The notes beneath the pieces were generated by a model that worked only from the letters and a program-made list of their open reading frames with translations, was not told where the DNA came from and did no database searches. Below are positions 56,169-61,443 of a DNA stretch of 61,443 bases, piece after piece (position 1 is the stretch's first letter; each line of letters begins with the position of its first letter). The position numbers were made by a program, and so were the translations under genes. This stretch comes from an uncultured virus (IMG/VR IMGVR_UViG_3300046513_000217) (taxonomy: Duplodnaviria > Heunggongvirae > Uroviricota > Caudoviricetes). The stretch lies in IMG/VR virus record IMGVR_UViG_3300046513_000217; one strand, written 5' to 3'.

Positions 56169-57755
56169 ATGGCTGATACCCAGATCAAGTACACGCCTTC
56201 CCCCAAAGAAGGTAACCCCGGCCAGCCGTCTTCGGCCGCCACCAACATGCAGGCCCGCACGGCAATGCTGCGCGCGGTCTACGGTGGCACCGAAACGATG
56301 CGGTCCCAGGACAAGACGTTCCTTCCGCAGTACGAGAAGGAGTCGGACACCCGCTACAATGCCCGTCTGGCCTCGACGTTTGCGCTGAACAAATTGCGTG
56401 AGGCGGTTGACGCCGCCTCGGCGAAGCCGTTCCGCACCATGCTGAAGATCGTCAACAACACCGACGCGAACCTCGACGCCTGGGTGCAAGACGTGGACCT
56501 GCAGGGCAACCACATGCACGTCTTCGCCCATCAATTCTTCAACAATGCGCTTCTCGACGGCATGTGCCACATCCTCGTGGACCATCCCGACACCTACAAC
56601 ATGAAGAGCCTCGCCGATCAGAAGGCGTCCGGCGCTCGCCCGTTCATGAAGATGTTCAAGGTCGACGACGTGGCCGCAGCCTACGACCAATATGTCGGCG
56701 GCGACACCAAGACGGTCCACGTCCGCATCCGCAGCCAGCGCGCAGACCGCGACGGCTTCAAGGAAGTGCTCATCAACCAGATCCGTGTCATCGAGATCGA
56801 CCCGGGCAAGACTTCCGGCATCGTCCAGCTCTGGGAGCAAAATGCGACCTCGGGCGGCTCGAACTGGACCTTCGTCGAAGAGACCCCGCTCCAGAACATG
56901 GTCGAGGTCCCGTTCGTCACGATGTTCGCTGGTGAAAAGGAAGCCGACTACCAGGTCCGCCCGGTGTTCATCGATCTCGCCTACAAGCAGATCGAGCACT
57001 GGATCTCGACCTCTGACCAGCGTTCGATCCTGTCGGCCGCTCGCTTCCCGATGCTGGCCTGCTCCGGCGTCACGATCGACCCGGAAGACGAAGCCCAGTT
57101 CGCCATCGGCCCGTACAAAGTGCTCTACTCGCCTGAGGCCAATGGCCGCTGGTATTACGTCGAGCCCCGCGGCACGGCCATCGAGTCTGGTTTCAAGGAT
57201 CTCGACCGGCTCGAAATGCAGATGGACATGATGGCGCTCAACCCGGTCACGGGCACGCACCGTCAGTACGTTCCGCAGAACGAGCGCGACATCCAGGAGA
57301 CCCGCGTCCACTCGGTCGTCCACGACTTGTCGATCGGCTGCCAGGACGCGCTTGAGCGCTGCATCCGGTTCATGGGGCAGTGGACGGGCTCCGACTACAG
57401 CCAGGTCAAGGCGATCCTGAACACCGAGTTCTCGAACACCAAGGACCGCCTGCTCGAAGTGGCGCAGCTGGTCAGCATGTACGAGAAGCGCGGCCTGTCC
57501 CGCGAGGTCCTGCTCACCGAAGTCCGCAATCGCAACTTGCTTGGCGACGACTTCGATCTGACGAAGGAACTTGCATTGTGGACCGCGGTTGACGCGATCA
57601 ATGCGGCCGGCGGCGACGCCACCGCAGCGCAGCCCGGCGCCAGCGCCCCGGCGAAACCGGCGAACCCCGCCGATCCCACCGCCCCGCCGGCAAAGCCAGC
57701 TCCGAAGACCTTCGACTTCCCGAATGGCCAGACCCGGCCCACGAAGCAAGTCTAA
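56169..57755 (+). CDS. portal protein (DUF4055-like)
   Basis: follows terL; GGTETMR...FLP...E....Y..RL, DVDLQG, G.CHILVD.P, VPFV. Confidence 0.85.
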   Translation: MADTQIKYTPSPKEGNPGQPSSAATNMQARTAMLRAVYGGTETMRSQDKTFLPQYEKESDTRYNARLASTFALNKLREAVDAASAKPFRTMLKIVNNTDANLDAWVQDVDLQGNHMHVFAHQFFNNALLDGMCHILVDHPDTYNMKSLADQKASGARPFMKMFKVDDVAAAYDQYVGGDTKTVHVRIRSQRADRDGFKEVLINQIRVIEIDPGKTSGIVQLWEQNATSGGSNWTFVEETPLQNMVEVPFVTMFAGEKEADYQVRPVFIDLAYKQIEHWISTSDQRSILSAARFPMLACSGVTIDPEDEAQFAIGPYKVLYSPEANGRWYYVEPRGTAIESGFKDLDRLEMQMDMMALNPVTGTHRQYVPQNERDIQETRVHSVVHDLSIGCQDALERCIRFMGQWTGSDYSQVKAILNTEFSNTKDRLLEVAQLVSMYEKRGLSREVLLTEVRNRNLLGDDFDLTKELALWTAVDAINAAGGDATAAQPGASAPAKPANPADPTAPPAKPAPKTFDFPNGQTRPTKQV

Positions 57756-57835
57756 GCTTCGTTTTCACTCTGTTTGCACCGCGAAAGCAAATATCGTTGA
57801 CTCGGTGCAAACGATCATGTTACGAGCCCGACCCC

Positions 57836-58111
57836 ATGGCCGAATTGACCCTGAAGCTCGATGTGACCGAATACCGGTGCGAGCCCTGCACATTGCGGCA
57901 GGGCACCCCGGTGCGGGAACTCGTGCGGATGATCCCCAAATCGGTCGTGGTGTTCGGCAAGCTGGAGGGCCCGGAGTATTTCTGCTGCCCGATCTGCTTC
58001 GAGCCGAAGTTCGATGTGAAGAGTAGGAAGCGGGTAAATGCGAAAACCACGGTGGCAACAGATCCTGGACGCCGAGGACGCGGCAAGGCGAGCCTCAGGG
58101 CAGTGGAATGA
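57836..58111 (+). CDS. Zn-finger protein
   Basis: CEPC...CPIC. Confidence 0.55.
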   Translation: MAELTLKLDVTEYRCEPCTLRQGTPVRELVRMIPKSVVVFGKLEGPEYFCCPICFEPKFDVKSRKRVNAKTTVATDPGRRGRGKASLRAVE

Positions 58112-58118
58112 CGGCGAC

Positions 58119-58283
58119 ATGCCGCCGCTACCGGCGGGCTCCGTAAGCCGCCCAGACTCCGCTCTGGCTCAGATGGCCGGCGACATCCGGTCCATCCGCC
58201 AGAAACAGGCCGTCGACTTCTACGCGCCCGGCATTGCCCTACTGGTCCTGATCGGCCTGGCCTGGTGGTTCCTCCACGCCTGA
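58119..58283 (+). CDS. small membrane protein
   Basis: C-terminal TM segment. Confidence 0.45.
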   Translation: MPPLPAGSVSRPDSALAQMAGDIRSIRQKQAVDFYAPGIALLVLIGLAWWFLHA

Positions 58284-58308
58284 GGGCGATATTTGCACGA
58301 ATGCAAAA

Positions 58309-58345
58309 GAGGGGTTGACAGAACCCCGGTCCCCCTGTATAGGAT
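58309..58345 (+). promoter_or_regulatory. sigma70-like promoter flanked by two TTGC-N6-GCAA elements
   Basis: TTGACA-17 bp-TATAGG. Confidence 0.65.
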
Positions 58346-58346
58346 A

Positions 58347-58360
58347 TTGCTTGAATGCAA
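58347..58360 (+). promoter_or_regulatory. 14-bp element TTGCTTGAATGCAA
   Basis: exact copy at the predicted +1; variant at 58293-58306. Confidence 0.7.
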
Positions 58361-58371
58361 ATGGAGTGACC

Positions 58372-58659
58372 GTGAAGCTCTTCACCCGACGAAGCCTTGC
58401 CGAAGCATTCCATCTGCCCCTATGGGGACAAGCTGCTGACGAGGTTCCGCCACATTGGCTCATCTCGCGCCTGCAAACGGGTGACCTGGCGATCAACCGC
58501 CTCGGCGGCATGACGATGCACACACCATTCGGTGTGCTGGAGTGCGCCGCGGGAGATTACGTGCTCCTCTTCGCCGACAATTCGATCGGGTTCGAAAAAC
58601 CCGAGACGTTCGAACGAGACTTCGAACCCGTCACGACCGAGCAGCTTCGCGCCGCGTGA
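58372..58659 (+). CDS. conserved phage protein (PGDYG-like, T..G...GDY...KP..FE)
   Basis: HTPFGVLECAAGDYVL...KPETFERDFE; GGAG RBS. Confidence 0.65.
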   Translation: MKLFTRRSLAEAFHLPLWGQAADEVPPHWLISRLQTGDLAINRLGGMTMHTPFGVLECAAGDYVLLFADNSIGFEKPETFERDFEPVTTEQLRAA

Positions 58660-58677
58660 CGATCTAACCTCAGTGCA

Positions 58678-58712
58678 AGCCCGCTCAGGACCTCCTGGGC
58701 GGGTTTTTCTTT
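58678..58712 (+). terminator. Rho-independent terminator
   Basis: GCCCGCTCAGGA-CC-TCCTGGGCGGGT followed by a T tract. Confidence 0.7.
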
Positions 58713-58872
58713 GGGCCTGCGCCTGTGACGGCAGCGGCCGAGAACCCTATCAGATCGCGCTCCCACCTTCGGTAGAGCGCGGTTTCAGCGGTCTCAGTTC
58801 GCATCCCGCACAAGACGAGCAGAGATATCCAAGAGTGCGCCGCACGCCCGCGCCGCCGCTGAACTTTTCCGT

Positions 58873-58948
58873 TGGCCAGTAGCTCAGACGGTAGAGCGCC
58901 TCGCTGTTAACGAGGATGTCGCAGGTTCGAGCCCTGCCTCGCCAGCCA
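58873..58948 (+). tRNA. tRNA-Asn(GTT)
   Basis: cloverleaf, loop CTGTTAA, one C-C acceptor mismatch, G plus CCA. Confidence 0.88.
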
Positions 58949-58976
58949 CCAACACCAATTCGCCAGCAATGACCAA

Positions 58977-59124
58977 CCGACGCCGGGACGGCATCGGGCG
59001 GTCGCTGCCGGCTACTCCGATTCCCCGAAACCTCGGGGATATCACCGGCCCTTCGAGCGGGACGCTTGACTGGGCCTTTTATCACGAGGGGCGGGATGCC
59101 CCGCATTTCCCGGGACGGGTATGC
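58977..59124 (+). promoter_or_regulatory. leader with four C-GGGAY-G loop hairpins upstream of the scaffold gene
   Basis: GCC-GGGAC-GGC, TCGAGC-GGGAC-GCTTGA, GGGGC-GGGAT-GCCCC, CCC-GGGAC-GGG. Confidence 0.65.
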
Positions 59125-60008
59125 TCAAAGCAGTCGTTAAAGATCTCAATGAACTCGATGAGGGCCTCCGAGGCTACTACGTCGCGAAGGACAACCTGTT
59201 CTTCCTGAACGTGACGCCGACCGATGGCTACCAACTCGACAACACCCAGGGCCTCAAGACGGCGCTCGGTGCGGAACGTAACAACGTTGCCGTGCTCAAA
59301 GCGCAGTTGCAGCCCTACGAAGGCATCGACGTCGCCGCGGCTCGCACCGCGATCGAGCGCGTCACCGCTTTCGGAGACATCACGCCGGAAGCCGCCAAGA
59401 CGGCGGTGGAAACGGCAGCTCGACTGACTGCACTCGATCCCGAGAAGCAGGCCGAGCAGATCGCGAACACCAAGCTCGAAACCATCAAGGGCCAGCTCTC
59501 TGCTCAGTACGGACTGAAGGAGACCGAGTTCGGCACCAAGATCAAGAGCCTGGAAGACTCGAATGCCAGCCTGGTTGGGCAGCTGAAGAAGATCAAGGGC
59601 GAGAGCCTGATCCAATCGGAAGTCGCCAAAGCCAACCCCCTGGACGACGCGCGGGATGCCGTCGAACTCCTGGTGGGCAAGTTCGTTCGCACGTCCCTGA
59701 AGGACGGCGAGGTCATCACCGACGTGATCGACACGAACGGCAACCCCCGCATCAAGGACGTGAACGGCACCCCGTTTACGGTCGCTGATCTCGTCGCTGA
59801 GATCCGCGAGAAGTCCGCGTCGCTCTTCAAGCCTGACGAGAAGCGCGGTCTTGGGATCACCCCCGGAAGCCACAGCGCAGCGCCGGCCGGTGGGGTCGTG
59901 AACCCCTGGGCCGCCGAGACGCGCAACATCACCCAGCAAATGGTGCTGGAAAACACCAAACCCGATCTGGCCAAGCAGCTCAAGGCAGCGGCCGGCGTGA
60001 AGGACTAA
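59121..60008 (+). CDS. head scaffolding protein
   Basis: position before the MCP; GLKTALGAER, coiled coil, C-terminal VNPW...NITQQ...PDLAKQLKAAAG. Confidence 0.8.
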   Translation: MLKAVVKDLNELDEGLRGYYVAKDNLFFLNVTPTDGYQLDNTQGLKTALGAERNNVAVLKAQLQPYEGIDVAAARTAIERVTAFGDITPEAAKTAVETAARLTALDPEKQAEQIANTKLETIKGQLSAQYGLKETEFGTKIKSLEDSNASLVGQLKKIKGESLIQSEVAKANPLDDARDAVELLVGKFVRTSLKDGEVITDVIDTNGNPRIKDVNGTPFTVADLVAEIREKSASLFKPDEKRGLGITPGSHSAAPAGGVVNPWAAETRNITQQMVLENTKPDLAKQLKAAAGVKD

Positions 60009-60056
60009 GTCCTCCCGCCTTCCAACACGCATGCGCCCGGACCTGTGTCCGGGCGT

Positions 60057-60070
60057 TTGCTTGAATGCAA
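60057..60070 (+). promoter_or_regulatory. 14-bp element TTGCTTGAATGCAA
   Basis: exact copy upstream of the MCP gene. Confidence 0.7.
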
Positions 60071-60105
60071 AAGCTCGCGGCCAGTCACAACCTCAAGAGT
60101 GAGAA

Positions 60106-61086
60106 ATGACTGAGACCCGTCTCGCGGACATGATCGTCCCGACCAAGTTCAACAAGTACGTCCAGGTTCTGTCGACCCAGAAGTCCGAACTCTTCACTTC
60201 GGGCATCATCACGGACCTGTCCAGCGTCATCGACGCCGAGATCGAAGGCAAGACGGTCAACATGCCGTTCTTCAACGACCTCGACGCCTCGGACGCCGAG
60301 CAGGTGCTCGACGACTCGACCGACCTGACCGTTGGCAAGATGACGACCGGCCAGGACGTGGCCGTGAAGCTTCTGCGCGGTAAGGCGTTCGGTTCGTCCG
60401 ACCTCGCCGCCGACCTCTCCGGCGCCGACCCGATCGACGCCATCGCGAACCGTTTCGCCGACTGGTGGAACAAGCGCATGCAGACCGCTCTGCTCTCCAC
60501 CCTCGCGGGTGCGATGGGTTCGGCTGCCATGGCCGCGAACGTCAACGACATCTCCGCGCTGACCGGTGGTGCCCAGTACTTCGACGCCGACTCGTTCATC
60601 GACGCAGCCTTCTTGCTCGGCGACGAGCAGGGCGGTCTGAACGCCGTCGCGGTCCACTCCCTGACCCTCAAGGCGATGGTGAAGGCCGACCTGATCGACT
60701 TCGTGCCCGACAGCCAGGGCAAGCTGACGGTCCCCACCTACCTCGGCAAGAGCGTCATCGTCGATGACGGCATGCCGGTGTCCGGCGCGGGCGCGACCCG
60801 CGTGTTCACCACCTACATCTTTGGCCCCGGCGCCATCGGCTACGGCGAGAAGTCGCCCAAGGTGCCGGTGGAAGTCGAGCGCCAGGCTCTGAAGGGCATG
60901 GGCCAGGAGTACATCGTGAACCGCCGTCAGTGGGTCATGCATCCCCGCGGCGTGAAGTGGCTGGGCGGCACCCAGGCCGGCGTGACGCCGACCAATGCCG
61001 AGCTGGCGACCACGACCAACTGGCAGCGCGTGTACGATCCCAAGATCGTCCGCATCGTCGCCTTCAAGCACATGCTGGCGTCGTAA
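60106..61086 (+). CDS. major capsid protein (SPP1 gp13-like)
   Basis: D.IVP..FN.YV, SGI, NMPFFNDL, GQD.AV..LRG.A, LSG.DP..AI, HPRGVKW, NW.RVYDPK. Confidence 0.92.
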   Translation: MTETRLADMIVPTKFNKYVQVLSTQKSELFTSGIITDLSSVIDAEIEGKTVNMPFFNDLDASDAEQVLDDSTDLTVGKMTTGQDVAVKLLRGKAFGSSDLAADLSGADPIDAIANRFADWWNKRMQTALLSTLAGAMGSAAMAANVNDISALTGGAQYFDADSFIDAAFLLGDEQGGLNAVAVHSLTLKAMVKADLIDFVPDSQGKLTVPTYLGKSVIVDDGMPVSGAGATRVFTTYIFGPGAIGYGEKSPKVPVEVERQALKGMGQEYIVNRRQWVMHPRGVKWLGGTQAGVTPTNAELATTTNWQRVYDPKIVRIVAFKHMLAS

Positions 61087-61116
61087 TCGTCTCTGACGGT
61101 TATCTGAAACACAAGA

Positions 61117-61146
61117 CCCTCCTCGGGAAACCGGGGAGGGCTCTTT
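61117..61146 (+). terminator. terminator after the MCP gene
   Basis: CCCTCCTCGG-GAAA-CCGGGGAGGG-CTCTTT. Confidence 0.65.
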
Positions 61147-61164
61147 GTGACTCTGGAGATTTTC

Positions 61165-61443
61165 ATGAACGGAACGAAGGGCTTTCGTGCCCGCGAGGCG
61201 GCTGCGTACCGCAAGAACCGCGCGCATCGGCTGACCTCTGAAGAGATCAGGGCTGCTCGTTTCGCCAACCTTCATGGCAACGTCGACGCTCCCGTAGCGC
61301 CGATCGAGCCGGTCGAACCCGTTGCTCCGGTTGAGCCGGAAGAGGCCGCGGAAACGCTGGTCGAGCAGACGGGCGTCGCCGACGAAGCTGGCGAGCAGGC
61401 TGGTGCCGAAGCTGGCGAGAACGCTGGCGACGAAGACACCGAC
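61165..61443 (+). CDS. partial acidic/Pro-rich protein (runs off the window)
   Basis: GGAG RBS; MNGTKGFRAREAAAY... open to the window end. Confidence 0.65.
   Translation, partial: MNGTKGFRAREAAAYRKNRAHRLTSEEIRAARFANLHGNVDAPVAPIEPVEPVAPVEPEEAAETLVEQTGVADEAGEQAGAEAGENAGDEDTD

Noticed and set aside
3875..60070. 14-bp repeats as a CRISPR array
   Set aside because: Dispersed over 56 kb, too short, no regular spacers and no cas genes
1..61443. Integrase/att site, endolysin, tail genes, DNA polymerase, reverse transcriptase
   Set aside because: No supporting motifs seen in this window, so lifestyle cannot be settled here

Overview
This window is about 61 kb of a tailed dsDNA phage or prophage genome. 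The host is probably an alphaproteobacterium of the Bradyrhizobium/Rhizobiales type, inferred from gene families and from SsrA-tag-like peptides. The left ~37.8 kb is transcribed mostly leftward. It carries a rightward CI-like regulator at the edge, then a UvrD-like helicase, a conserved 688-aa/136-aa pair, rIIA plus a short rIIB-like gene, an M28-like peptidase, a PRTase-like gene, an HD (p)ppGpp-hydrolase-like gene, dozens of tightly packed small genes, an aberrant tRNA-like gene, an AT-rich possible genome-end region, an HNH endonuclease and an ATP-dependent ligase. An iteron-like repeat cluster marks the strand switch at ~37.8-38.1 kb. The right part is transcribed rightward: small genes, an Ntn-type peptidase, an orphan antitoxin domain, four SGNH-hydrolase proteins, five tRNAs (Gly, Met/Ile2-CAT, Trp, Cys, Asn), a holin-like gene, thioredoxin, terminase small and large subunits, portal, scaffold and an SPP1 gp13-like major capsid protein. 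Signals not explained by the gene list: (1) a 14-bp TTGC-N6-GCAA element in 18 copies; (2) hard-coded tmRNA-tag-like degrons (ANDN...AA) on many proteins; (3) four GGGAY-loop hairpins in the scaffold leader; (4) structured non-coding segments next to tRNAs; (5) a five-arm tRNA-like RNA. All family calls come from motif recognition by eye; no database searches were run.
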